Assembly (NCBI GenBank): GCA_032718475.1
Contig: JAUCBJ010000055.1
Span: 67,051-131,050, forward strand
DNA length: 64,000 nucleotides
Origin: Nemertoderma westbladi
Taxonomy: Eukaryota; Animalia; Xenacoelomorpha
Direction: 5' to 3'
Both the position numbers and the translations under genes were made by a program. Positions 1 to 11,940 of this stretch are shown piece by piece. The notes under the pieces are model-generated. The model saw only the letters and a program-made list of their open reading frames with translations. It was not told where the DNA came from and searched no databases. Numbering within the stretch: the stretch's first letter is position 1; every line of letters begins with the position of its first letter.

Positions 1-1837
1 CATTTAGTGCACAGGGAGTAGCGGGGGCGAGAAACCCCAACAGGGGCCTGGTAGGCCACGTAGTTAGTAGGCAGGGAGTAGCGGGGTTGAGTCAACCCAA
101 TGGCGGCCTACCAGGCCACGCAGTAGTAGAGAGAGCGGAGGGGGTGAATAGACCCAGCCGCAGTAGGGTTAGTGCGTCAACTAGAGAGGGGTGTAGAAGT
201 GGAGTAAGAGATAGTGAAGTTAGATGTGGCGAGTGGGGGGGGGGGGGCTATGGGCGCCCCACCATGGAAGATTAGTGGCGAGAGAGGGGGTGCAGAGAAT
301 GCCCCACAAGGGGGCATAGAAGTGAAGTAAGAGATAGTGAAGTTAGAAGTAGCGGGTGGGGGGGGGGGGGCTTCGGGCGCCCCACCATGGAAGATTAGTG
401 GCGAGAGAGGGGGGGTAGAGAATGTCCAACAAGAGGGACGCAGAAGTGTAGTAAGAGATAGTGAAGTTAGAAGTGGCGGGTGGGGGGGGGGGGCTACGGG
501 CGCCCCACCATGAGAGATTAGTAGCGAGAGAGGGGGGGCAGAGAATGTCCCACAGGCTTCGGCGGATAATGCAAGGGGGCAAGTTAGGTGAACCGCGGCA
601 CCCGACGATGGAGAATAGTAGGGGGATGATGAGTATCCCCAGGAGGGTCCAGCCGGACCGAGTAGAGTCAGACCAAGATTCCATCCAGAGTGACGGAGAC
701 ATCAGGGAGCATGTTACCAGGCACCGTAGACACAGAGGACAAAGATAAGAAACCGGAGGTGGTAGATGAGCCAGATGGGGAAGTAGAAGTAAGAGAGTGG
801 GCGGAGGAGAATGGATATCCCAGCAAGTATCGGTATGGAGATGGAGAGGAGCGGACAGCGAGATGTCCGGAGGACAACACTCCGGAGGAGTGCCCGGAGG
901 AGTGTCGGAAGGAGTGTCCAGAGGAGTGTCCGGAAGAGACGCCGGTCCGGATGAGATTCATACCGACAAGGGGGAGCTTGAGTAGGAAGCCAGGATGGAC
1001 AGGGATAGGACTATTATTGTACCTTCTGTTTTGCCTGTTCTTTCACTTTCTTTTCATTCTGCCGCCGGGAGACAACAAAGTGGGAGGTGGCATTTTGATG
1101 CCAAGTGGCAACAAAGTTAAGAAGGCAGTGGAGAGACCCGATTTCAGGGTGGCAGAAGAGAGAGAACCAATTCCTGGTGAGTTGGAATTGGCGAGGAGAG
1201 TGCGGCGAATCCTACAGGACCTACAAGGGGAGCAGTGGGAGAGTGCCTGTTGGAAGAATCGCCCTAGTTAGGTTAAGTTTAGTCGTCCAATATTTTGGAC
1301 TGAGGGGGGTGAGAATGAGGGCGAGATGCCCTTCCCACAAAAAATAATTATTTAATTAAAAATAAATAATAATAAATAATTAAATAATAAGTAAGTAGAA
1401 GGTAGAAAGTAGAAAGTAATAGTTAGTAGAAGATGGTAAGAAGTAGTAGTCAGAAAGTTAGTCAGAAAGTTAGGTAGAAAGTTAGGTTAGAAGGCGGCGG
1501 GGTATAGGGAGTGTGGTATATAGACATACCACGGGAGTAGAGAGGTTGTGGGCACCGGAAGCGCCACGTAGACGGAAGTAGTAGTAGAGAGGTTGTGGGC
1601 ACCGGAAGCGCCACATAGGTGGAAGTAGTAGTAGAGTGGTTGTGGGCACCGCAAGCGCCATGTAGACGGAAGTAGTAGTAGTGTGGTTGTGGGCACTGCA
1701 AGCACCACGTAGATAGAGGTGGTAACAGAGTTAGAGGTAGTAGTAGAGTTAAGAGTTAGTAGAGGTAGAGAGTTAGAGTTAGTAGAGAGTTAGAGAGTCC
1801 TAGTTAGAGGTAGTAGCAGAATTAGAGCTAGTAGAGT
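1..1837 (+). mobile_element. BEL/Pao non-autonomous element C, internal part (degenerate gag/protease-end relic, no RT/RH/IN); 5' LTR lies left of the window
   Basis: Similar to B/A gag repeats (gggcctggtaggccacg), to B's 'EECPEE' segment, and to the post-pol motif gtccaa...ttggactgaggggggt. Continues at 43287 after element A (TSD AGAGT). Confidence 0.75.
1520..1720 (+). repeat. Tandem repeat, ~52-bp unit, in element C downstream region
   Basis: ggttgtgggcaccggaagcgccacgtagacggaagtagtagtag repeated about 4 times. Confidence 0.8.
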
Positions 1838-2422
1838 TGTTAGCGTATTCAATTCCGCTAGCCAAGCCCACACAAAGTTAGCTTTTAAGCAATATTGGGA
1901 GCATGAGGTTGGTTACCAATCAACCTCGTGTCACCCCAATAAGCGGGGACAACAGGCCCCAAAGGGAACACACACACAACGGGGGTCAGAGGTTACACCT
2001 CCAGGAGAGAGAGAGACAACAGCAGCAGGGAAAAACACTCCCAGGGAGATGGGAGGGTGAGAAGTGAGTTATTAGCCAATGGGGGGAAGGCATCGGCTGA
2101 GTAACGCAATATGGCCAACCGTTGCAGTATATTACCAGCTACCATGTCATTCACTTCAGTTATCTCATTCAGTTAGTCGGTTCAGTTAGGGCAGAGCAGT
2201 GACTTCTAATACTGTCCGCTGCCGCCATCATTCACTTATATTTTATATCCTATTAATTCAATACTGCAATAACTGTGTCTGTGCTTATCCTATTATATTT
2301 ATACTGCTACAGCGTCAACAATATCAGAACTCTTAATCCGACAATAAACCCTTTTCACTCACACGGCGGGGACGCGTAAATAAAAGAACCGGGATAAATC
2401 GGGATCTTCAGATCCCGTCACA
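1838..2422 (+). repeat. 5' LTR of element A
   Basis: TGTTAGCG...CCCGTCACA, about 97-98% identical by eye to 42712-43281. TATA-like box ~2128, TCAGTT initiator ~2156, AATAAA 2343-2348. Confidence 0.95.
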
Positions 2423-2469
2423 GTATTAGAAACCAACAGCCCAAACTGTAGCTGCCAGCCACCGACCAA
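2423..2469 (+). promoter_or_regulatory. PBS position of A: non-tRNA, complementary to own LTR
   Basis: GTATTAGAA (2423-2431) is the reverse complement of TTCTAATAC (2204-2212). Further pairing, one mismatch each: 2439-2448/2183-2192 and 2461-2469/2173-2181. No TGG. Confidence 0.7.
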
Positions 2470-2479
2470 AAGACTAAAG

Positions 2480-4861
2480 ATGAGTCGAGGAAGAGAAACG
2501 ACACCGCCGCGGAACCCGGACGATGATGAAGACCTAACGATCCACTAACGGTACAGACCCACGACGCCGGACCCATTGACAACGGGCGATCCGGTAATCC
2601 AAGATGAGGGGGGCCGTCTACAACGAGAGGACGAGTTGGGAGAGGAGAAAGACGAGTCAACACAGAGTGGCGGTCGACGTGCCGAAGTCGCCAGCCAGCC
2701 ACAGGCCAAGTTTGACGGACGGCCCACCGGAACGGCGACGGTGGGGCTGCCGGTACGACGCCGGACCCGGAGAGATGGAGGAGATGTCGGCGACGAGGAC
2801 GTCGGGGTCAGCGACCGGCTCCGACGAGCCTACAACGCGACCCGAAAGCAACTGAAAGAAGCCAAAGGAGGGGCCAAAATAGATGAGGTGAAGTTGAAAA
2901 AACAACTAGGTGAGTCGAACAGACATTTTGATTACCTAATGCGTTTTGGGCAGGGAGAGCTACCCGACGAGAGAGCGAGAGGTGTTGCCAGCGAACTGTT
3001 TGAACTATGGAAATGTAGGGGTATGAAACCTAGTGTAGTGTACATAGGGCCATACTTAGTCGATGCCCGGGGAGTAAAATTAGTGGGTTGGAGGAGAACG
3101 CAGGAGGGCAAATCCGAGTTTAACCCCGAGGATTTGGTCTCGTCTGTCGGAGAAAGTTCCGGAAGGCGGGGGAAAATTAGTAGGACGGGAAGGCGGAGGG
3201 AGTCCTTCGTAACCGATAAGTCTGCTACATCCTCCGCAAAAGGAAGACGGGTGCAAAAAATAGATCTGGCATGCCAACTTGATCTGGCGGCGCTAGACCA
3301 GAGAGAATTAGAGAGACAGTTAGAGGAAGAGAGTGCATTAATAGAGAAGGAGAAAGAACTGGTTAGAGAGAACAAAGAGAGGGCCGAGAGGGCCACGAGA
3401 AGCTTTAGGGAGTGCGAGGAAATAGGAAAGATAAAAAGGAAGGAGCAAGAAGAGCGCGAGGCAGCGAGTGAGGCGGAACGTAAAGAGCGTGAGGCGGAAC
3501 GTAAAGAGCGCGAGGTGAGGGCGGAGAGTGAACGTAAGGAGCGCGAGGTGAGGGCAGATAATGAGCAGAGAGAACGTGAGGAGAGACGACTTAAGAGAGT
3601 TGCGAGAGAGGCAGAGTTAGCCGATCAGAGTTCACGAGAGAATAGAGAGAGAGAGAGAGCGAGATAAAACTTGTTCGGGATGGTATGCATGCCCGGCTAA
3701 GGGGGCTTATGCAGTATCAGACCAAACAGAAGCGCCGACTAGAACTGGGGCAGATGGGGCTGTCAGAGAGCGAGACTGGCTCGAGTATTTATGAGAAGCC
3801 AAGGGCTGTGGAACCATTTATTAATACCCCACTTACAGGGACTGGACGACAGACCCAAGACTGGTGTGACCGCACTGGCGGGGGGGGGGGGGGGGGTGGG
3901 GGTAATGATAATAATACAGTAGATGACGTTAATATTAATAGTACCGTAGTGGATAATTCTAACCAAACTTTCATTGCAGGAAATAATATTTTGCCCGACA
4001 GTAGTAATTTAAATCCGAGTAATTCTAATATTAATGTAGGAAATAACTCAAATAATATAATTACGCAAAATAATTCAAATAATTTAAATCTAAATCCTAA
4101 TTTACAAAATAATTCAAATAATCTTATTCCGAATGAACAAAACAATACCGTTTCTGATTTAGGTGTGCAAAATAATTTAATTGAATTGGAAGATTTAATT
4201 GATTTAACGGACGGTGTTGGTAGTGGTGCTATTAATGTGAGTGTGGCAGACGTGCATAGCCCGGCAAATGAGGGCCTGGTAGGCCGCGTAGTCAGTAGGC
4301 AGGAAGTGGCGGGGTTGAGCCAACCCGAAGGGGGCCTGGTAGGCCATGTAGCTAGTAGGCAGGAAGTGGCAGGGTTGAGTCAACCCGAGGGGGGCCTGGT
4401 AGGCCACGCAGTAGTAGATAGAGAGGCGGGGGTGAATAGACCCAGCCGCAGTAGAGACATTGTGTCGACTGGAGAAGGGTGTAGAAGTTAAGTAAGAGGT
4501 AGTGGAGTGATATGTGGTGAGTGGGGGGGGGGGGGCTGCAGGAGTCCTACAGCGAGAAGTTAGCGGCGAGAGGGGGGGGGGCAGGGAGTGCCTCACAGGC
4601 GTCGACGGATAATGCGCGGGCCGAATTAGGTAAACCGCAACACCCGGCAATGGAGAGTAATAGGGGGATTGCGAGTATCCCCAGCGGCGTGCGATCGGGC
4701 AGAGAGAGACAGGTTGACATCGCGAGAGGGCGGACGAAGCATCAAGCCCGATCAGAAGAGGGAAGAAGAACAGTGGAGTTTAACCGGGAGGTTGACGAGA
4801 GATCTCACGAGCGGGAATACTGCACTGGAGAGAGAAGAAGAGAAGAAAGTAAAAGAAGTGT
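2480..4861 (+). pseudogene. gag: Element A gag, N-terminal part (coiled-coil and N-rich regions), frameshifted
   Basis: ORFs 2576-3667 and 3685-4491 are homologous to B 17539-19733. Cut by the D insertion at 4857-4861; continues at 35388 on the minus strand. Confidence 0.8.
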
Positions 4862-6710
4862 TATTCAAAGAGACAGTAACAATACCTGCAATATCCTACT
4901 GTAGAGTTTGTGAATCAAATCATAAATCCGACCTTCTCACCAAAACAGTAAACTCCAAGTAAGCGAATATATATTGCAGTATCGGTCTCTTATAACCGGT
5001 GAGGCAGAAAACAGTCTACAAACAGACAAACTTCGATAAAACAAAATCCCGCGCAGCGAATCCTAAAATCAGGCTGACTCACTGACGGACTAAGGGGCTC
5101 GTATACTTTGCCGCGGTGTGATTTATATGGTTGGGCGAAAAGGACGCTAGCTAGGTGCAGAGATCTGGAGATGCCTAACTAGCGGGCAAAGCGCAGTACG
5201 GACAAAAGTTAATTTTATATATTTTGAGGTGTAAATAATTTCTAACTCGCGTGTGTTAATTCTGAACCATCAACATCAGTTTTGCTCCTTCATATATATA
5301 ATTACTGGGTACGGTGTGCATTTTACAAATATTCTAATTTTGTAACTTGTAGGTCCAATACTCACAAATGATAAGGCTCCTTCCCCTTTCATGTATTTCC
5401 AGGACTCAAATTCAGGCATAAGGTTAATACTACGCCCAGAATTCGGCAATTTAATTTACCAGGTCCCTAATACTAAGAAGAAATGTTAGTTTACTACAGT
5501 AGGCGTACTGTTACTAATAGCTAGCCTGGCGTCCTATCTAGAATTTTGGTTACCTAGGTGGGCTTGGTAACTTCCTATCAGGATGTCGGCGGGGACACGG
5601 TAGATGTTAGTATCCCTAATTAGCCTCAATTTATTTGCGCCTAGTCGTAAACTGCCCTACCGCCTGAACGGTACAATCCTAATTCAGGTAAAACACAGTA
5701 ACCCTCCTGGCCTACAAGTTCTAATGCAATGGACACCGTTGTACTACAAATAGTCACAGACGCACCTGCACTTAGCAAGAGTTAGGCGTACAGTTTGCTG
5801 CACCCTACCAATGTGTATGCCTTGTACCGGTGTGCCTACGTCCTATCTGCGTACTAGTATCTCTGCCTGCTCTCCCCCCGTAGGAGTATGAAGGTCTACT
5901 GCGGTTTTTTCCTGAATTAAAACAGTACAATTCCTAGATGTAATTTTTGGCGCACAGCGTGTCACTACCTCTACCTTCGATCTTTGGTCTTATACTTAGG
6001 TAGCAAGGCATCGAACGCTGTCTAACCTTTCAGGCGATGGGCGAATAACTAAGAGTGATATTGCGGGTTGTCTCCTGTCTACATTCCTTAGATGTTCTCG
6101 TTCATTGCTGTGGCCCAATGTCTAGCCAGCCATCCTGTCCCTCAGTTGAGTTCACCGTGGTGAAGCATAGTAAAACAGATAGAAAAAGGGCAGATTAGCG
6201 ATAATTCTGACTTTATTACAGAAGATATACTGAGAGATATAAAGATAGATATAACTGAGAGATAACTAATGAACAAATCGCACCCTTTTATAGCAAATTT
6301 GTGCTGCAATCAATCGAGAAAATTCTCGATTGTTCTATGAGTTCTAATAGGTTTTTAAAGATAACTATTGGTCCAGCGAATATATAACTTGCACGACATT
6401 GGTTACAATCTAATAACTACAATCTCATTGGTTAATCTTACTTCGAGCAAATGCAATTAATCTGTAGCGGTCAATTTAAATGAGTTGAACTCTGCACAAA
6501 AAATAATTCGCACCTACTAGGATTCGAACTCAATACACACTACATATAATTTCCAACGCTCTACCGACTGAGCTACTGAACCACTTGAATAATCATCGTA
6601 CAAATAGATATAGTAATACAAATGAGGACTTAATGTAATCTTTTAACAAAGTTAATTCGAATAAAATAAAATTTTGAAAATCCACGGCGTTTAGAGAATA
6701 TAATTCTATA
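4862..6710 (-). repeat. 3' LTR of element D (~1.85 kb, termini TATAG...GAATA)
   Basis: Reverse complement of 35389-37382. Preceded on its own strand by a short purine-rich tract (GGAGCGG, 6711-6717). Confidence 0.9.
6498..6582 (-). ncRNA. tRNA-derived Pol III-type unit inside D LTR (copy 1)
   Basis: A box TAGCTCAGTCGG, B box GAGTTCGAATCC, then T6. Acceptor stem does not pair, so this is not a bona fide tRNA. Confidence 0.55.
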
Positions 6711-7554
6711 CCGCTCCATGAAAACAGGATATTATCGTGCATAAAATATACGGTTTTCACCAATAATCAATCAAATTATAGAATACTTAGGGCGTACTTA
6801 CATATTTACAAATTAAATTTCAAGCAATACTTCCTTTCTACATAATGATTCGATACAAAATAATTTCAAATTCAAACTTTACATATTTAAGGCTTTACTA
6901 AGTAAGTACAATATTTTGTTTATTTATGAATAGCTACATTATAATAATTTAATAATATAAACGTAAAAATTAAATAATTAAGTACAATATAAATCTAAAT
7001 TAAATTCACCAATATAAATCTATTGCATCTCAATATTGCAAAATTCAAATAATTACAAATACAAATAAATGAAAATCATAAGAAAGGCTCGCGAGTCTTC
7101 CATCTACTATTGCATCTCAACCATTGCATAAATTCAAATAATTACAAATACTTTCGTGCCTAAATGTAGATTGCATAAGTTCGGAATAATTACAAATATG
7201 AGTCTTTCTAAGTACAAAACTTTCTAACTATAAAACTTTCTAAATACAAATATAACACTTTACAAATGAAACTATAAGAAAGGCCCACGAGTCTTCCATC
7301 TACTCTTACTTTCTATTTCACTGTAAATACAAATACTGCTTATAAGATATAAATTGCATAGTATTCGGAACAATATAAATTGCATAAGTTCGGAATAATC
7401 ACAAATATAAAATATAAATCTTGCAAAATATAATTTCCTTCTAAATATAAATCTTACTAAATATAAATTCCTTCTAAATATAAATCTTACTAAATATAAA
7501 TCACAAATTCACAAGAAAGGCTCACGAGTCTTCCGTCCACCCTTGCCCTCCCTT

Positions 7555-8754
7555 TTATCGCTTAGTAGATCGAGCCCTGCCGCGTCCTCGAAAACTGCGC
7601 ACAGGTGACTTTGCTCGCGATATGGGACTCGTGGGGCGAGTCACTGGTTTTGCTTGTACGTTGGGAGACGGTGCGACCGTTTCCTCACAAATTCGTCTAT
7701 TTGGTATCCCAAAACCTCGACCGATTCCTCGTGACCGATCAGTTGTCACTACAGTTGGTAAAACGTCTGGCAACGCGCGGAAAGCGGTCGACGCAGACCC
7801 AAGAGTAGCTTGCGCCCCCTTTTGATCAGCTGGTGTATGTCCCGATCCTCCTGTTGGTTCTCTAGGAAGCGATACCGTATCCCGAGTAATTCGAATGGTC
7901 GGCTCAACTCCCTTGCGTTCTTCTATATTAATAGACTTCTTTAATTGTTGGCTCACTTTCTGGACCCTTATGATCCTACCCTGTCCGTCCTCCCGAGGGT
8001 GACGTGCAGACGGCGCAACCGGAGTGGCTGGTATATTTGTCGCCTCTAGGATCTCCTCTTCCTCAAATACGCTCGCTCGTATACGTTTGTGGTAAAACGC
8101 GGCTCGGTATGCCCATGCGACGGTTAACCAAGCTCCCTTATTCCGCTTTTCAGTTCGGAAACAATCAAATTCACCATACGTGATACGATTCACAACTTTC
8201 TGAAAATTCCACGTATTTTTATTGTCCGGGTGAATCTGTAACAGATACTCGCGCACCACTCTAAATCCACTATCGTGAGGCAAAATGTCGACTACCTCGA
8301 TAAGTTCGTCATATTGGGGCATAGCGGAGATGTATCCTTCCGACATCATCGTTTGGGGATTTACCGCCCAAAATCCAAGATGCGCTCTCATCGGAAATCG
8401 TCTTCTTTGTGCCGATACGTGTTCGTCGGCTAAATCTTCCCACTCATCGAATAGTTTTCTCACGAGTTTTACAGATTCGTGTTCATAAGGTATGTCTCTT
8501 AGTTGGCATTCAGATGCTCGATGCCCTTTTATATTGCAATAAGTACATTGAGCCATAAATCTCCAGCAATTATAAAAGGTATGAGACCCTTGATCTCCAC
8601 ACCATCCACAGATTAGTTGAGTCGTAGTAATGTGCTTTCCACTGCACTTGGTCAAATGATGTCCAGCGACGCCACATTTACCACACATTGTATTGGCAGG
8701 GTACCACACTCGTTCATATATAAGATCTCCAATTGGTCGAGCGCTTCCTCCCAC
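7555..8754 (-). CDS. D ORF2, C-terminal part: three CCHC zinc knuckles plus a basic low-complexity tail
   Basis: CGKCGVAGHHLTKC, CGWCGDQGSHTFYNC, CTYCNIKGHRASEC. Same frame as 8809-11388, separated only by one TGA. Confidence 0.8.
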   Translation of the reverse strand: MGGSARPIGDLIYERVWYPANTMCGKCGVAGHHLTKCSGKHITTTQLICGWCGDQGSHTFYNCWRFMAQCTYCNIKGHRASECQLRDIPYEHESVKLVRKLFDEWEDLADEHVSAQRRRFPMRAHLGFWAVNPQTMMSEGYISAMPQYDELIEVVDILPHDSGFRVVREYLLQIHPDNKNTWNFQKVVNRITYGEFDCFRTEKRNKGAWLTVAWAYRAAFYHKRIRASVFEEEEILEATNIPATPVAPSARHPREDGQGRIIRVQKVSQQLKKSINIEERKGVEPTIRITRDTVSLPREPTGGSGHTPADQKGAQATLGSASTAFRALPDVLPTVVTTDRSRGIGRGFGIPNRRICEETVAPSPNVQAKPVTRPTSPISRAKSPVRSFRGRGRARSTKR

Positions 8755-8808
8755 ACTATAATCATAATCATCTGGATCTATGGGTTGGTAGGTTTCTGAA
8801 GGTTGTAT

Positions 8809-11388
8809 TCAAACTACAGCATCTGTTGCTTCAAGTTGTCGAATCTCCGTCTGAGATTTCTTCGGGAGGTTCCTTTCTATCTCAAGAAGTTCCTCTAAAG
8901 GATCGTCAGTGATCGTAGTCGTTACTTCGAAATCATCACCAAGGTGACCGATAGGCGCGCGCGTCTGCCGTGATTCATCCATAACCTCCACGATACGTTC
9001 TCCTTCATAGGGTAACAATGTAAACATAGATGGTCTTTCGATAAGAGATCCCGCACAGCGAAGATACACGTCTCGAAATATACTAAATCCTGCTCGAGTA
9101 AAGGCATTACACTGAGCGTCGGAGTTGTAGAAGGGTTCAAGAAATCGTCTAAACACGTCGGTATGAATTCTCCCTTCCATGTAGAACATATGATCTTCTC
9201 CGAGACAAAGTGGATGTCTTTTAAGAGTCCGAGACACAATGTCGGCGATTAAGCAAACATTCACTGACGACTCTATTGCTAAATAATATTGTAGGACCGC
9301 TCTTGGAGGTGACGTAATAGCCCAATACACGCATCCTCTCCATTTGAGCTGTGATTCAAACTCACTCATATCTGGAGTATCACCTTCTCCATAAGTCTCA
9401 ATATACTTGGCTCTCTTACTTTCCTTATAATCCCAATTGAATAACAGGTAGGAAATGTATCCAGTTCCGGTCTTCTGAGTATTATACTCACGAAAATATC
9501 CTTGTTCTATAGACCACAAGATAAGAGGTCGAGTGTCGACGTACGGTGTCGGTAGTCGGTCATCGCTGTCCGTCATGCCGGTGAAGTCGCTAATTAAGTC
9601 CTCTCTTACTCCTGATCCAATCTTTACAACAGTTTTATCTAAAATCATATTTCTTACCATCTTCGGTAGCATTCTAGCATCGATATTACAAGCTTGGTCC
9701 ATCTTCTTTACTATGTCAGTGATGAGATGGTGTCGCTTTGTATTTGCTGGAGGTATCGGCATTCGTTTGTCGCTCCTCTGTCTACTGAAAACGTGCAAGA
9801 CTCCGTCCGCCGCTCTAATTTGTATAGTCTTAGAAGTCAAACTCTGTTGATGACTGCCGCCCTCGTTATCGTAAAACATGTAACCGTTTTCCTGAAACGA
9901 TCTAAACGTTCTATTCCATTCGTCCAACAATTCTTCCGAAGGTTGCCAAATCTTCTCTATGTCCTTATCATCTTCGAAACGAATAACCTTACCTCGCCAA
10001 TCCGCGGCAATATCTGTATCCGACTCGAAGGTTCCAGTTCCAATCCATAAACGAATCGTTCTGGTTAAATATCCTTTCAAATTACTCGGAGCTATATCAG
10101 CACCAGCTCTATCCAGTTCCCTAAAGTCTTGAATATGAGGTGGAACGTTATACACGACCTTTTGAGTAATATGTCTACGTAAATCATATATCTTACTCAT
10201 ATCGCTAAAAACAACTGCAGGAAGAAACTCCAAGTTTGAAATAATTTCTGGATGATCCACGATGGGTATTTCGTACGTCGTATCCTGTCGGACTGGTATA
10301 CTAATAGGAAAATTGAGTGTCGTACTCAATGGTTTCGTAGTCGAAGTACTATATGGTTGCATTTCTCTTTTCCTCTCCGGGGATGCAATCTGTAGTCTCT
10401 GAATAACATTTTGAGCAAAGTTTATGCTCTCGAAAACTTCCGGTGTCATCTCCTTAGCTGGAGTTTGATCGTGTGACGTCCAATGGTAAGGTAGGCTCGC
10501 GAGTCTTCCGCCCCATTCTTCCATCTCACCTTTCTCAAAAGCCTTGTAGGCTCTGTATAGGCTAAGAGCTTCTTTCTTTTCGCGGGTTGACTGATTCGCC
10601 TCGTCCAGCATAAGTTCAAATGCATCGGGTTCAACAACCTTAGGTGGGTAAACGACAGTTTCTCCCGCCTTTGGTCCAGTCATAGCAAACGAATGATATG
10701 GATTTGATAAAGGATACCCTCCTTCCTGGTAGCGTAGTCGTTGATGGTTCGAACACCTCGCCAATATCGGTTCGGGATTTTCCTTATTCAAACGCATTGG
10801 AATCGCATTTCGTTGTTCGCGCATACAAGAACCGCATTGATAATAAAGTTTATAAACTGAAAATGCTTCCTTTGTTTCTCTATCGTCCCCTCGAGTTCGT
10901 CTGTAAAGGTGCATTCCATCGAATTCATCTCGTACCGCAGGCATAGGTTCGTGCGCCTTCAGGTATTGCATGGTATGATACAAATGACTAATTTCAGTAT
11001 CGGGGTCTTCGCTAATGTCTCCCGTATCACACAAAGCGTCGTACGGGTAAAGTTCATTGAAGGTTTTGCGCAAACTTTCGATTCTTTCATTTAATGCGTT
11101 TTGCCTCCTTTTTAATACATTTGAGTCATATTTAGTTCTCGCGAGTTTCGCAGTACTTTCTGATAATTCCTTTATACCAAATATAGTGTAGTCTTTGGCT
11201 CCAAATCTCTCGAATGGCGCTGCTGCTTCCTCTTGGATATCATATCCCCATCTCGGCTCTCCATGTATCTCCTTCTCCATAATTAGAGGTGTAGTTACAT
11301 AATCATTACTACTAGAGGGAATACAACAGAGTTTGTAGTTAGTTGTGAGGAGACGTGAGAGTTTTCGTCTGCCCTTTTGGCTCGACAA
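8809..11388 (-). CDS. D ORF2, N-terminal part: DEDD(y)-like 3'-5' exonuclease domain protein
   Basis: ExoI-like GYMFYDNEG, ExoII-like VVKIGSGVREDL, YVDTRPL and ExoIII-like QYYLAIE, in RNase D/WRN-exo order. 859-codon open frame. Confidence 0.65.
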   Translation of the reverse strand: MSSQKGRRKLSRLLTTNYKLCCIPSSSNDYVTTPLIMEKEIHGEPRWGYDIQEEAAAPFERFGAKDYTIFGIKELSESTAKLARTKYDSNVLKRRQNALNERIESLRKTFNELYPYDALCDTGDISEDPDTEISHLYHTMQYLKAHEPMPAVRDEFDGMHLYRRTRGDDRETKEAFSVYKLYYQCGSCMREQRNAIPMRLNKENPEPILARCSNHQRLRYQEGGYPLSNPYHSFAMTGPKAGETVVYPPKVVEPDAFELMLDEANQSTREKKEALSLYRAYKAFEKGEMEEWGGRLASLPYHWTSHDQTPAKEMTPEVFESINFAQNVIQRLQIASPERKREMQPYSTSTTKPLSTTLNFPISIPVRQDTTYEIPIVDHPEIISNLEFLPAVVFSDMSKIYDLRRHITQKVVYNVPPHIQDFRELDRAGADIAPSNLKGYLTRTIRLWIGTGTFESDTDIAADWRGKVIRFEDDKDIEKIWQPSEELLDEWNRTFRSFQENGYMFYDNEGGSHQQSLTSKTIQIRAADGVLHVFSRQRSDKRMPIPPANTKRHHLITDIVKKMDQACNIDARMLPKMVRNMILDKTVVKIGSGVREDLISDFTGMTDSDDRLPTPYVDTRPLILWSIEQGYFREYNTQKTGTGYISYLLFNWDYKESKRAKYIETYGEGDTPDMSEFESQLKWRGCVYWAITSPPRAVLQYYLAIESSVNVCLIADIVSRTLKRHPLCLGEDHMFYMEGRIHTDVFRRFLEPFYNSDAQCNAFTRAGFSIFRDVYLRCAGSLIERPSMFTLLPYEGERIVEVMDESRQTRAPIGHLGDDFEVTTTITDDPLEELLEIERNLPKKSQTEIRQLEATDAVV

Positions 11389-11940
11389 CGCTCTAACCTC
11401 CTACCCATAGCCTAAGATCTAGGGTTTCTTTAATGACACGCTGCTTCTTATCTAAAATTTTTTGCCGAAATAAAAACGAATTTGGGCTAAACTGGCTGTG
11501 AGTCTAAAATACTCACCTTTTGATCCCAAACTATTATCAGAAAATAAGCAGTCAAGAGTTAGTAATAAATATAGGGAAGTCTATTTTGACGTAACTTATT
11601 GAAACAAGACCGTGTAAAATTTAATTAAAATTTTTAAGAAAGGCTCGCAAGTCTTCCTCTCTTGTTTCTCTAATTTTAAGTTCCACCCGACTGTACCCTG
11701 AAATCTATTCACTGTAGAAAATTTTAAAATTTTTCAAATCCAAATGGATTGTCTAAAATTTCGAAAATGTCTCAATATTGTGAGTTCCAAGTAGAATTCC
11801 ATTTCTTATACCTACAAATCCCGCTCCTATGTGACACATAAGGGTACTACCCTCAATGTTCACATATAAAGACAATGGAATTCTACCGCTGTCCTTACTA
11901 CAGTGTACAGGTACGTGGAAATCTATTTGTAAACTCCTAA

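Noticed and set aside
8809-8811. Programmed stop-codon read-through in ORF2
   Set aside because: D pol has three similar in-frame stops, so mutational decay is the simpler explanation. Other copies would decide.
7555-11388. env gene
   Set aside because: No evident signal peptide, transmembrane anchor or fusion-protein cysteine pattern. The motifs indicate a nuclease plus knuckles.
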